64,000 nt of DNA from NCBI RefSeq assembly GCF_006345805.1, contig NC_043009.1:9300001-9364000 (forward strand), given 5' to 3'. The stretch is from Octopus sinensis. Its lineage: Eukaryota. Of the stretch, positions 24,020-37,087 are shown piece after piece. The translations under genes and the position numbers were made by a program. Under the pieces are notes generated by a model, which saw nothing but the letters and a program-made list of their open reading frames with translations, ran no database searches and was not told the origin of the DNA. How positions within the stretch are numbered: the stretch's first letter is position 1; every line of letters begins with the position of its first letter.

Positions 24020-27000
24020 GTGGCACCGCGGTACTTTTTCACAAGAGTCTGGATCTCAATGTAAGGACAATATTCGTAGACCCGGAGGGTAGACTGGTCG
24101 TCCTGGATGTCGACGGCAGCAATGGGTGCGCTTTTCGGCTCGTATCAGTTTACGCACCGCCCTTAACAGGTCGGGCGGATTTCTTTCAACGTCTAGAAGT
24201 TTTCTTGGGAACGTCTCGTCCTTTACTCTTAGTGGGGGATTGGAATGCTACCTTGGACACGCATGTAGACTACGTGGGTAGAGATAGGAATAGACGGGAT
24301 GCAAATGCCTCAGAGACCTGCTCAGACGCTTTCAACTGTCTGACAGGTTTCGACTAGACCACCCGAATGCGCCAACGTGGACATGGAGCAACCGCATCGG
24401 GTCGTCGAGATCGTATCTAGATAGGATACTGTGTAGGACAGTAGATAGAGATAGCATAGGATGTCCACAATTCCACATAGTCAGCTACACGGATCACAAA
24501 CTTGTGACATGTACGCTAGACTTAGGTAAGACACTTAGGCAGGGTCCCGGATACTGGAAACTAAACGCGTCTTTCCCATCGAGACAAGTTTTCAGAGACC
24601 GGATTAGCACACTAGTAAAGAGGGCTTTGACGGGAGCCATCATCAACAACAAATGGTGGTTTGCCCTCAAGAGAGCAGTAAAAGCAGAAGCGATTAGGTA
24701 CAGCAAAGCACTAGCCATAGATAGAAATAGAGTAGAGGGTGAGCTAGTTAAGAAGCTAGAAGAGGCAATTAGAAGCGGCATCGCATCCGACGTTTTGGCG
24801 GCGAGGTTGGCCCTCGACCAACACTTCAACGCCAAACACGAAGGATGTGCTGTCAGAGCTAGGATGCGTGCTCTAAGGAACGAAGGTGTTGGAGCCGCGA
24901 GAGAGGCCCGGGTGGCAGAGGCGCAACAGGGCAACAAAGCCACCATTCGGTCACTGGTAGATGAACAGGGGCGCGAATTGCTTGAGCCAAGTAAAATGTG
25001 TGAGGCCTTTCAGCAGCATTTTGCCCGACTGTTCGGAACGAGTGGAGGGCAAGAACGTAGGGTGGACTTCAGTGCCTACCTACATAGCCTACCACGACTC
25101 TCGACAAGAAAGGCAGGGTGCTGCGAAGGTGCCATCACGGCGGCGGAAGTGCGGGAAGCGATGGCAGAATGCTCGAGGGACAAATCACCGGGTTTGGATG
25201 GTCTACCCTACGAGCTTTACAATTGTATGCCAGACTTGTTTGGAGATCTCTTGGCGGCGGTGTACTGCAACTGGCAGCAAAACGGGAGCATTCCTGGTTT
25301 TGTGAGCCGAGGAGCCGTAACACTGCTGAAGAAAGATCTAAACAAGGGAAATGTAATAGATAACTTTAGGCCCATCACTCTGCTTAATGCAGACTTGAAA
25401 ATTTTGGCCAAGGTGCTAGCCAAGAGGTTGGCGCTTGTCATCGAGAAACTGGTCGACAAGGCGCAAACATGCGCCGTGCCAGGCCGGACCATCCATGACA
25501 ACCTCCATCTGATGCGCTACATCATAGACAGGGTAGTTAACGAACCTGGCATGGGTGGGGCCCTGATCAACTTGGATCAATCGAAAGCCTTTGATAGGGT
25601 AGACCATCGATACTTGGAGGCAGTCCTGAGAGCGGCTGGTTTCGGTCCCGTCTTCCGCGGCTGGATAGCTGCCTTGTACAGAGGCATCCGTTCGGTAATT
25701 CGCGTAAATGGACATCTATCGAGACCTTTCGACATTGCACGTTCGGTCCGTCAGGGATGCCCCCTCTCGGCGCTTCTATACGTATTGACTCTTGAGCCAC
25801 TACTGCGGAAGCTGGCAACTCTAAGGGGCATCCCGCGAGAATTGGGATGCGGGACGAGCGTGTCTGCATACGCGGACGACGTCACCGTCATAGTGTCTAG
25901 CCACGAGCACATCGGGCTGGTCGGCGAGACACTGAAAAACTACGAAGCAGTGACAGGAGCGAAAATCAACCGGGAAAAGTCAGTGGGCTTGCGACTAGGC
26001 ACCTGGAGAAGCAAGCCCATGCCGTCCACCAGCGCCTCCGTCGTGGGACGCTGGACCGACGGCCCGGTTGAGTTGCTCGGGGTCTGGTTCGGTCCTGACC
26101 TCCAAGTGGAGAAGAACTGGAACGAGATAACGAGTAGGGTGGTCACTCTCGCCCGGCAATGGGCCGAGAGGAAACTGTCCCTAAAAGGTCGAGCGGAGGT
26201 GGCGAACACGTACATCGCGTCCGTCATCTACTACCGCCTGACCGTCGTACCTTGTCCCGACCCTACCATCACCAAACTACAACGCATCCTCTTTCGCTTC
26301 TTGTGGAAAGGATGCGTCCCGATGGTCAGGCGATCCATTTGCTGTCAACACCCGTTAAAAGGAGGGCTGGGCATGCCGTGGTTGATGATGCGCAGACACG
26401 CGCTGAGACTGCGACATCTCTGGCTCTATGTAGACGACGGTGAACAGGTGTGGTCGCCGTTTGTGAGGCACGCTTTCCCGCAGCTCGTCTCCATGACCGA
26501 ACTGCAGTCGTGGATCAAAAAGAGGCCGAGGAAGGGCGAATGGCACCGCGAGTGTCGCGTTGCTCTCAAGCAACTCTGCCGGCCTGGGTCGACCTTAAGT
26601 GACTTCAACACAACCAAAGCATTCTATAGGGGTTTAGTGGAGGGGAGGTACGACGACGAGCTCGGGGCGAACCTGGACGTCGACGAGGAGTACCTGACCC
26701 GCCTGTTCGGGACGACTTTCGGGCCAGGGCCCATGGACAACTTCCAGAGATCCCTGGCCTGGCAGTGCTACCGAGAAGCGCTACCCGTTCGGGATAAGCT
26801 CTACAGACACGGCTCGAGAAACACGGGGCCGACCTGCCCGAGATGCGGTCAGAGCGACGAAACCGTTCTGCACGCACTCGTTCAGTGTCCAACAATTTCC
26901 GACCTGTGGGCTTATGTCGAACAACTGCTGTCACGTGTGGGACGAGTCGGTTTATCAGCTGAGTCTATCGTCAATATTGTCACGCCTCCTTCCTTCAAAC

Positions 27001-27660
27001 GGGAAGGAAGAGCTATTTTCATCATCCTTGTGGCTATGGCGAAAGAATGTATCTGGTGGACGCGTCTGAAAGGATTGGAGACAAACACTTTCCTCTCTGG
27101 TCAATCTCTCATCAACTTCTTCAAGTACCACTTGAAAAGGAAAGTGAGAGTAGAGAGGCAAGTTTTGTCTAGCGAATGTTTTAAAAAAAGATGGGTGAAT
27201 GTAGCAAGAATGGCACGTATGAATGACGAAGCCACCTTGAGCATAGTCCTATGAACCCAGAAATCGAAAACAGAGAGTTGCTTATTTGCAAAAAAAAAAA
27301 AAAAAAAAAAAAAAAAGAAATATAAAATGTGACTTCATTGACCGAGGTTACCGTGGTCTTTTCCGTAGGCTTTTCTTTCCACGGGTAAACCTCACCTGTC
27401 CTCCCCTTTACACATCATATTGACATTTCTGTGATAACGATCCCTATTGATCAATTTTTTTTTTTTTTTTTTAACCCCCCCTTTTTTTTTTGTCCTCTTT
27501 CTCTCCTTTTACGATCCCTTTTGATCGAAACTCCCCCTTCCTTTTTCTTTTTTTTTATTTTCTTTTTTTTTCTTTTTTTTTTTTTAAACCTTCAAAAGAA
27601 AAGCTCTACCTTGTAATTTGTTCTATCTGTGTGCAGCCCTGTGTGGCTAATAAAGAAACA

Positions 27661-27661
<1 letters not shown>
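24020..27661 (+). mobile_element. Tx1-type retrotransposon, copy C (longest; 5'-truncated inside the AP endonuclease)
   Basis: Begins after 20 bp of ATCT repeat. Contains most of the APE domain, RT, zinc finger and the full 3'UTR, ending aataaagaaacat then (ATCT)n. Confidence 0.95.
24022..27254 (+). pseudogene. 5'-partial ORF2 (APE endonuclease + RT + CCHC finger) with one frameshift near 24295
   Basis: The frame starting at 24022 reads GTAVLFHK...LVSVYAP...LLLVGDWNA. After a 1-nt shift it reads ...SYLDRIL...SYTDHKLV...GPGYWKLNAS... and is continuous with the 916-aa ORF to 27254. The shift is a 1-nt deletion, either real or a consensus error. Confidence 0.88.
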
Positions 27662-27709
<48 letters not shown>

Positions 27710-27730
27710 GTCTATCTATCTATATATCTG

Positions 27731-27776
<46 letters not shown>

Positions 27777-27802
27777 CATCTATCTGTCTATCTATCTATC
27801 TA

Positions 27803-30105
27803 TTTTGTGAGCCGAGGAGCCGTAACACTGCTGAAGAAAGATCTAAACAAGGGAAATGTAATAGATAACTTTAGGCCCATCACTCTGCTTAATGCAGACT
27901 TGAAAATTTTGGCCAAGGTGCTAGCCAAGAGGTTGGCGCTTGTCATCGAGAAACTGGTCGACAAGGCGCAAACATGCGCCGTGCCAGGCCGGACCATCCA
28001 TGACAACCTCCATCTGATGCGCTACATCATAGACAGGGTAGTTAACGAACCTGGCATGGGTGGGGCCCTGATCAACTTGGATCAATCAAAAGCCTTTGAT
28101 AGGGTAGACCATCGATACTTGGAGGCAGTCCTGAGAGCGGCTGGTTTCGGTCCCGTCTTCCGCGGCTGGATAGCTGCCTTGTACAGAGGCATCCGTTCGG
28201 TAATTCACGTAAATGGACATCTATCGAGACCTTTCGACATTGCACGTTCGGTCCGTCAGGGATGCCCCCTCTCGGCGCTTCTATACGTATTGACTCTTGA
28301 GCCACTACTGCGGAAGCTGGCGACTCTAAGGGGCATCCCGCGAGAATTAGGATGCGGGACGAGCGTGTCTGCATACGCGGACGACGTCACCGTCATAGTG
28401 TCTAGCCACGAGCACATCGAGCTGGTCGGCGAGACACTGAAAAACTACGAAGCGGTGACAGGAGCGAAAATCAACCGGGAAAAGTCAGTGGGCTTGCGAC
28501 TAGGCACCTGGAGAAGCAAGCCCATGCCGTCCACCAGCGCCTCCGTCGTGGGACGCTGGACCGACGGCCCGGTTGAGTTGCTCGGGGTCTGGTTTGGTCC
28601 GGACCTCCAAGTGGAGAAGAACTGGAACGAGATAACGAGTAGGGTGGTCACTCTCGCCCGGCAATGGGCCGAGAGGAAACTGTCCCTAAAAGGTCGAGCG
28701 GAGGTGGCGAACACGTACATCGCGTCCGTCATCTACTACCGCCTGACCGTCGTACCTTGTCCCGACCCTACCATCACCAAACTACAACGCATCCTCTTTC
28801 GCTTCTTGTGGAAAGGATGCGTCCCGATGGTCAGGCGATCCATTTGCTGTCAACACCCGTTAAAAGGAGGGCTGGGCATGCCGTGGTTGATGATGCGCAG
28901 ACACGCGCTGAGACTGCGACATCTCTGGCTCTATGTAGACGACGGTGAACAGGTGTGGTCGCCGTTTGTGAGGCACGCTTTCCCGCAGCTCGTCTCCATG
29001 ACCGAACTGCAGTCGTGGATCAAAAAGAGGCCGAGGAAGGGCGAATGGCACCGCGAGTATCGCGTTGCTCTCAAGCAACTCTGCCGTCCTGGGTCGACCT
29101 TAAGTGACTTCAACACAACCAAAGCATTCTATAGGGGTTTAGTGGGGGGGAGGTACGACGACGAGCTCGGGGCGAACCTGGACGTCGACGAGGAGTACCT
29201 GACCCGCCTGTTCGGGACGACTTTCGGGCCAGGGCCCATGGACAACTTCCAGAGATCCCTGGCCTGGCAGTGCTACCGAGAAGCGCTACCCGTTCGGGAT
29301 AAGCTCTACAGACACGGCTCGAGAAACACGGGGCCGACCTGCCCGAGATGCGGTCAGAGCGACGAAACCGTTCTGCACGCACTCGTTCAGTGTCCAACAA
29401 TTTCCGACCTGTGGGCTTATGTCGAACAACTGCTGTCACGTGTGGGACGAGTCGGTTTATCAGCTGAGTCTATCGTCAATATTGTCACGCCTCCTTCCTT
29501 CAAACGGGAAGGAAGAGCTATTTTCATCATCCTTGTGGCTATGGCGAAAGAATGTATCTGGTGGACGCGTCTGAAAGGATTGGAGACAAACACTTTCCTC
29601 TCTGGTCAATCTCTCATCAACTTCTTCAAGTACCACTTGAAAAGGAAAGTGAGAGTAGAGAGGCAAGTTTTGTCTAGCGAATGTTTTAAAAAAAGATGGG
29701 TGAATGTAGCAAGAATGGCACGTATGAATGACGAAGCCACCTTGAGCATAGTCCTATGAACCCAGAAATCGAAAACAGAGAGTTGCTTATTTGCAAAAAA
29801 AAAAAAAAAAAAAGAAATATAAAATGTGACTTCATTGACCGAGGTTACCGTGGTCTTTTCCGCAGGCTTTTCTTTCCACGGGTAAACCTCACCTGTCCTC
29901 CCCTTTACACTTCATATTGACATTTCTGTGATAACGATCCCTATTGATCATTTTTTTTTCCTCTCCCCCCCTTTTTTTTTTTTTTTAACCCCCCTTATTT
30001 TTGTCCTCTTTCTCTCCTTTTACGATCCCTTTTGATCGAACTTCCCCCTTCCTTTTTTTTTTTTTTTTTTTTTTTAATACCTTCTTGTAATCTATCTGTG
30101 TGCAG
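27803..30105 (+). mobile_element. Tx1-type retrotransposon, copy D, 5'-truncated; extreme 3' end eroded
   Basis: Starts at tttgtgagccgagg directly after (ATCT)n. ORF ends at 29759. The 3'UTR lacks the final ccctgtgtggctaataaagaaacat and is followed by (ATCT)n. Confidence 0.92.
27804..29759 (+). CDS. 5'-partial ORF2 (RT + CCHC finger)
   Basis: 650-aa open frame differing from copies B and C at only a few residues; YADD intact. Confidence 0.9.
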   Translation, partial: FVSRGAVTLLKKDLNKGNVIDNFRPITLLNADLKILAKVLAKRLALVIEKLVDKAQTCAVPGRTIHDNLHLMRYIIDRVVNEPGMGGALINLDQSKAFDRVDHRYLEAVLRAAGFGPVFRGWIAALYRGIRSVIHVNGHLSRPFDIARSVRQGCPLSALLYVLTLEPLLRKLATLRGIPRELGCGTSVSAYADDVTVIVSSHEHIELVGETLKNYEAVTGAKINREKSVGLRLGTWRSKPMPSTSASVVGRWTDGPVELLGVWFGPDLQVEKNWNEITSRVVTLARQWAERKLSLKGRAEVANTYIASVIYYRLTVVPCPDPTITKLQRILFRFLWKGCVPMVRRSICCQHPLKGGLGMPWLMMRRHALRLRHLWLYVDDGEQVWSPFVRHAFPQLVSMTELQSWIKKRPRKGEWHREYRVALKQLCRPGSTLSDFNTTKAFYRGLVGGRYDDELGANLDVDEEYLTRLFGTTFGPGPMDNFQRSLAWQCYREALPVRDKLYRHGSRNTGPTCPRCGQSDETVLHALVQCPTISDLWAYVEQLLSRVGRVGLSAESIVNIVTPPSFKREGRAIFIILVAMAKECIWWTRLKGLETNTFLSGQSLINFFKYHLKRKVRVERQVLSSECFKKRWVNVARMARMNDEATLSIVL

Positions 30106-30124
30106 GCTTCTATCTATATATCTG

Positions 30125-30223
<99 letters not shown>

Positions 30224-30240
30224 CTATCTATCTATCTATA

Positions 30241-30277
<37 letters not shown>

Positions 30278-30288
30278 CTATCTATCTA

Positions 30289-31009
30289 ACCCCCCTTTAT
30301 TTTGTCCTCTTATGTCCTTTCTACGATCCTTTACGAATCTTTTGATCTCCCCCTTCCTTCAAACGGGAAGGAAGAGCTATTTTCATCATCCTTGTGGCTA
30401 TGGCGAAAGAATGTATCTGGTGGACGCGTCTGAAAGGATTGGAGACAACACTTTCCTCTCTGGTCAATCTCTCATCAACTTCTTCAAGTACCACTTGAAA
30501 AGGAAAGTGAGAGTAGAGAGGCAAGTTTTGTCTAGCGAATGTTTTAAAAAAGATGGGTGAATGTAGCAAGAATGGCACGTATGAATGACGAAGCCACCTT
30601 GAGCATAGTCCTATGAACCCAGAAATCGAAAACAGAGAGTTGCTTATTTGCAAAAAAAAAAAAAAGAAATATAAAATGTGACTTCATTGACCGAGGTTAC
30701 CGTGGTCTTTTCCGCAGGCTTTTTTTTCCACGGGTAAACCTCACCTGTCCTCCCCTTTACACTTCATATTGACATTTCTGTGATAACGATCCCTATTGAT
30801 CATTTTTTTCCTCTCCCCCCCCCCTTTTTTTTTTTTTTTTTTTAACCCCCCTTATTTTTGTCCTCTTTCTCTCCTTTTACGATCCCTTTTGATCGAACCT
30901 CCCCCCTTCCTTTTTTTTTTTTTTTTTTTTTTTAATATCTTCAAAAGAAAAGCTCTACCTTGTAATTTGTTCTATCTGTGTGCAGCCCTGTGTGGCTAAT
31001 AAAGAAACA

Positions 31010-31010
<1 letters not shown>
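30289..31010 (+). mobile_element. Tx1-type retrotransposon, copy E: short chimeric copy (3'UTR fragment fused to the ORF2 C-terminus, then a full 3'UTR)
   Basis: 30289-30359 resembles the 3'UTR. It joins through ccttcctt to the ORF2 tail (caaacgggaagg...), which has single-base deletions. Ends aataaagaaacat then (ATCT)n. Confidence 0.8.
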
Positions 31011-31072
<62 letters not shown>

Positions 31073-31092
31073 TTATCTATCTGTCTATCTAT

Positions 31093-31128
<36 letters not shown>

Positions 31129-31168
31129 TTATCTATCTGTCTATCTATTTATCTATTTATCTATTTAT

Positions 31169-31235
<67 letters not shown>

Positions 31236-33054
31236 TACATATATATAGTTCAAATTTACAGAAAACAAAAGATGAAGACGGGTGAAATATTTTTCTTTTT
31301 ATCTTTTTTCCTATTGAGCAGATGTGGTCAGTAGTTCCGACCAGCTGTGTGTGTGTGTGTGTGTGTGTGTCTATGCATGTGTTGTTTTTGTTTTTGGAAA
31401 TATATTTTGTGTGTGTGTGTGTGCGTATGTGTGTGTGTGTGTGTGCGTGTGTTATCATGATGTGTGTGCTTGTGTGAGTGTGTGTGTGATATCCTTATTT
31501 GTTGATTGATAGTGGGTCTTTAAATATTTATGTTTATTAATTCATTTTACCAGATTCCTAATGTGAAATCGTGTGTTGAAACAAATTTTGTTGTATTTTG
31601 GGATGATCATTTTTTTTTTTTTTGCCAAATAAACACACACACTATATATATATATTTTTTCTTCACTCCATTGCTCCAATTACTCCAATGGAGTAATTGG
31701 AACAAGAGCACACATAGAAAACAAAAAGTATCACTGAAGAGGTCACAGATGTGTGACAAAAGATTTCTGGACAATGGACATGAGTTAGAATAAAAAAAAA
31801 AAAGAACAGTAATAAATGAGTGAAGAACAAATATAAAGTGTGTGTGTTTATTTGGCAGAAAAAACCCCCCAAAAATCAACCAACCCGAAATGCAACAATA
31901 TATGTTTAGATATTTAGATGTAGTTTTGAATTTGTTAAAGGGTTTGGTGTGTGTGTGTGTATGTGTGTTCTTTTGTTTTTGGTGGTGTATGTGTGTGCAT
32001 TTTTTTGTTTTTTGGAAACATGTTCTAGAATTTGTGGTGTGTGGGTTTATGCTGTGTGTTTTTGGTTTTATGGAGATGTTTTGTATGTGTGTGTGTGTGT
32101 GTGACAGGTCCTTAATTATTGAGTAATGGTGTGTGTTTTGATATTTCATACAGGCAAGAAGGGATAAGAATCTCTCTGTGATCCATCCACTAATCCAGTT
32201 GCAGCTGATGAAATGAATCAATGATGATCAACCGATGCCCACGGATACTACAGCCTATACTGTACTCATCCCAAGGATACCGGATCTCATGTCAAAATCA
32301 TGTGATTTATGGAAATGTGCGGAGCAATGTATTAAATATTTATAAACTCCATCCTAGAATTACTGTTATTATTATATTATACTACCTTATATCGGTAAAA
32401 CCATTCTGCAAGCCTGAAAAACTGACTCACTGGTTGGTATCATTAGACAATAGCTGTCATAATGAAATAGGAATTTTATTTGCATACCATTAACTTTACC
32501 ATAAGCTAATTTAAAAGACATGTGTGTGTGTGTGTGTGTGTGTATCAGCTAATGTCTCTAATGCAATGTCCAGTTCACATGTGGTCTGTTATTCCTGCCG
32601 GTTAACGCAACAAATCCAACAGTTTATCTGTGCCCCATTTTTTTCAAGAATTCATTCTGCTGAACGGACCTCAATTGCATTAGGTTTTTGTCCATTTTCC
32701 AGTACTTGAAGCTCTGTAATTTCCCATGAAAATGCAATTCCTAAAATATTATTTGTTTAAAACACCTGTTCTGGTACCACGTGTGAAGCACCTGTACTGA
32801 TGCCATGTAAAAAGCATCTGTACTGGTGCTACATAAAATATACATGTGTCGGTGCCATGTAAAAAAAAGCACCTGTGCTGTTGCTACGTAAAAAACACCT
32901 GGTATGCTATGTAAAGTTGTTGGTGTTAGGAAGGGCATTACAGCTGTTCCTAACTCATGCCAAACAGACAACTGGAGCCTGGAGCAGCTCTCTGGTTTGC
33001 CAACTCCAGTTGGACAGTCCACTCTATCCAGCATGGAAAGCGGACATTAAATGT

Positions 33055-33145
<91 letters not shown>

Positions 33146-34498
33146 AATGATGATGATTATCACATATTATGATGTAAAATTATATAAACCCTGGTTTTAT
33201 CATCATCAACATAGTTTAGTCATCATCATCATCGATACCAGCATTGTGATGGTTGCCTCCTCATTATGTCATCCTTCTCATGCTCTTCGTCATCACTCTT
33301 TTGCTCTTACTTGATTTCATCTTCTTTTTGTCTTCCTCCTAATTATTTTGCAACCTTCTTTTCTTCCTCTTCCTTTTCCTCCCCTTCCTTTTTCCTTCTT
33401 CTCCCTTTCCTCCTTCTCCTTTTCCTACTCTTCCTTTTTGTCACCACCACCACCATCGCTGCTGCCACCATCACTGCTGCCGCCGCCACTGCCACCACCC
33501 CCATCACCACCACCACTGCCACCACCACCACCTCTGCCACCATCACTACTGCCACCATCACTGCTGCCGCCGCCACTGCAACCACCACCGCCGCCGCCGC
33601 CACCACCACCACCACCACCACAATCACAGTTGAATGTATTAAAAAAAACTTCTTGTGTTCATCCTGATTTCAAAGCTGGTTGCCTTCTTGTCGCCTTTGA
33701 AACCCATACAAATTACTTGAACTGTTGATGCGATACACTCATTAAATGCACATAAACACATTACCGTTTCCACTGCCTCAGGTAGCAAATATACCCCATC
33801 CCTAGAACTAATTTACAGTGGCACAGAACTGGAATAGTTAAAGTTTAATGTGCTTTGCTCACAAATACGCTACAATCCATGGTCGTGATAAAATGGCTTG
33901 CAGTATGATAACTTGTTTTGATTCAGTGAGGTGGAATTATTATGGCTTTATTTGATATCAAAATGCTTTCAGTTTGAAGATCTAGAAATTGCATCCTCAT
34001 ATTAGAAAGAATAGCATTTATTTGCATTTTATAAACAAACATAAACTGTGTAGGTGGTAAAGAAGTGTGATTTGCGAGTATGTTATTTTGGGTTCAATTC
34101 GACTATGCAACACCTTAGGTTAGAGAATTGTACTAAATCCGGGAGTTGATCGATACATTGCGAGTGGAATTTGGTAAATGGAAACAGTGGAGAATCTCAC
34201 TGGATATATATATGTATTTCTTTACTACCCACAAGGGGCTAAACATAGAGGAGATAAACAAGGACAGACAAAGGGATTAAGTCGATTACATCGACCCCAG
34301 TGCGTAACTGGTACTTTATTTATCGACCCTGAAAGGATGAAAGGCAAAGTCGACCATGGTGGAATTTGAACTCAGAATGTAACGGCAGACAAAATACGGC
34401 TACGCATTTCGCCCAGTGTGCTAACATTTCTGCTAGCTCACCGCATTGGATATATATGTTACCCCAGCATGGCCACAGCTTTTGGCAGAGACCAATAA

Positions 34499-36690
34499 CA
34501 CAATGTAACACATGTTTTGTTTATTTGTATTTTTTAATGTTCATATATATATTTTTTGCCACTAAATTCAAAAATCACATTCATTTTGTTGTAACATCAA
34601 TAGTTATTTATTCCTAATTTCATATTTGCTCGTTATATTTGTAACTTTTCTCTACAGCACTTTGTTGGTTCAATCTATTTTAGTATTGTAAGGATAATAA
34701 CACAACATTTAGTACTTTTTCATATATTGAGAGGTTTTTCAGGAAGCATAATATTAGTTAGAACAAAAAGAAACAATAAAACTTTGCACTGTAAATGCCT
34801 TGGTAAATCTTTTCTTAAGATGAGAAGTGCTTTGACGATCGAGATTTTCTGGAGTGTATACTTTCATCTCTTTTGACAAGAGACCATATATAATCTCCCA
34901 TCATAGCAGTATACCATTGTCCTTGGTATCTTCTTTCCATAGTTGTGATGTCCTGATGAAATCTTTCACCATGCTCCTCACTGACATCACCCAAGTTTGG
35001 GGGAAAAAAATCTAGGTGAGAGTGCAAAAAATGAACCTTTAAGGACATACAACAACCCATTTTCTTGAAGTTTTCAATAAGCTTTGCTACCAGCTGTTTG
35101 TAATTAGGATCCTTGTGACTTCCTAGAAATCCACGAACTACATCACGAAATGCACACCTAGCTTCTTTTTCAACTTTTGTCATCGCTCTTTCCAGTTTCT
35201 TCGACTTTAACATTGCATCTACTTGGGGCCCAACAAATATGCCACCCTTGATCTTAGCCTCAGACAGCTTTGGAAACATAAGACAAATTTCTTGAAACGC
35301 TTCTCCTCTAAAATCTAAGGCCTTCACAAACTGTTTAACCAATCTGAGTTTGATATGAAGTGGGGGTAATATGATTTTGTTGGAATCTACTAGAGGCTGT
35401 TTGAGAACATTTAACATTCCTGGCTGCAGTTCCACTCGTGGGGGTCAATATACTCTCTTGTAATGATCATCATCAGCTCTGCTGTCCCATAAGCAAAGGA
35501 AACATGAATACTTTGTGTATCCCCCCTGCAAGCCAAGCAAGAAGGCAAGCATCTTGAAATCATCACAAACATCCCACTTGAACCCAGCGTAATTTATTTT
35601 GTCGGGAAGTTCTTTGACATTATCGTAATTTTCTTTCTTCTGTATGGAGTGTGCAAGAGGCAAAGAAGGATATTTATTTCCATTGTGGAGCAACACTGCT
35701 TTGAGACTTCATGTTGAGCTATCTATGAACAGCACCATTCCGCAGAATCATGCTCGAGTTCAATAGCAGTAAATAAACTAATCACATCTTTACAATAACA
35801 CAGATCATTAATATTTTCATAGTAAATTTCAAATTCTTCATGGCATTTCCGGGACACATGTCTTGCAGTCTTCCCCCAGTAGATTCCATTCCTTCAACCT
35901 TGATGAAAAAAGTTCAGCTCCTGACTTAGTAAGACCCAGATCCCTGATTAAATCATCTAGCTCACTCTGATTTGGAAAGTGAGGCTCCGAAGTCGTTCTT
36001 GGTACGAAAGCTTCCTCCATTTCTTGGCTGCTGCTACTTGTTGATTCTTCAGATGAAATATTTTCTGATGGTAGTGGTACTCGTAAACTGCTATCATGTG
36101 GGACAGGTGCTCTAGATGATAGTATGTCTGGATGCTGAAGAGCTTGTCTTCCTTTCACTTTTCTGTACTTTGTCACATCAATCATACAAAAGTAACAGTC
36201 ATCGTGATGGTTCTTTGACTCTCTCCATACCCTTGGAATGGCAAAAGGCATTGATCTTCCTGTACCTCTTAACCATCCTTCTAGAGTAGATCGACAGCTT
36301 CCACATATCACATGTGGGGCCCATGGTTTGTCCTGGTCACCCGTGGGCATTCCAAAATAGAGTCTGTACGCTATCCACAATTTGTCACCTTTCACGATCT
36401 TATGTAATACCTGCTTTTTTCCAATATAATAACCACACACTTAGCAAAATGTATCTGGAGAATTTTTACATACTCTAGTAGCCATCCTGAAAGTAGCAGA
36501 ACTTAGTAATTGATCTGAAAGAGAGAATTAGACATACATTTAGTAGCGGAACATTATAACAATACCGAATACATAATAACATTGAAAGTCAACATATTTT
36601 TTTAACTGTTGATGATACACAAAATATAATTTCATTTTTGGAATCAGCAGAAAATACAATAAACACATTTTTGAAAATTGTCACATTGAA
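34499..36690 (-). mobile_element. Decayed Chapaev3-like DNA transposon (ends approximate)
   Basis: Transposase fragments from ATG at 36485 (MATRVCKNSPDTFC*VCG...GDQDKPWAPHVIC...PRVWRE..NHHDDCYFC) to the stop at 34815 (MSLKVHFLHSHLDFFP.NLG.VS.EHGERFHQDI..MERRYQG). Weak terminal and subterminal inverted similarity (caatgt(a/g)aca; attc(c)aaaaat). Confidence 0.78.
34815..36485 (-). pseudogene. Chapaev3-like transposase, disrupted by a premature stop (36441-36443) and several frameshifts
   Basis: ORF-track pieces 35838-36440, 35445-35696 and 34815-35435 are consecutive parts of one protein. Confidence 0.8.
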
Positions 36691-37087
36691 TAATATTGAA
36701 TAATATGTGTGTGTGTGTGTGTGTGAGTGTCAATAGATATATGTGTGTGTGTGCGTGAGTGTCAATAGATATATGTGTGTGTGTGTGTATATATATATCT
36801 ATATATATATATATAAATTTGTAAATGGTAAGGGATTACTCCAAACATTTACCGTCTTGCTCTCAGGTATTCAAAATATGTTATTCAACAGTTAATATAT
36901 AAATCCAATAATAATATTCTCATAAGATAAGAGTTTAGAGAAATGTTCTTTTGGATAATTCTGAATATATTACCTGAACTATAAAGGTTTCCTGGACTAT
37001 ATAATCTCATCAATAATATTAACAAGGATTATTATGAAGTGGCATAGCATTACCTTTAATTCTGTTTATATATATATATATATATAT

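Noticed and set aside
21457-29666. Many 60-110-aa ORFs overlapping the Tx1 ORF2 in other frames or antisense
   Set aside because: Shadow ORFs of a GC-richer coding sequence; they repeat only because the element is repeated.
21291-31171. CRISPR-like or satellite interpretation of the repeat-spacer pattern
   Set aside because: The 'spacers' are kilobase retrotransposon copies and the repeats are a 4-nt microsatellite; the context is eukaryotic and there are no cas genes.
32600-32745. Possible minus-strand terminal coding exon
   Set aside because: Two frames are open with different plausible peptides and the acceptor is ambiguous, so no call is supportable.
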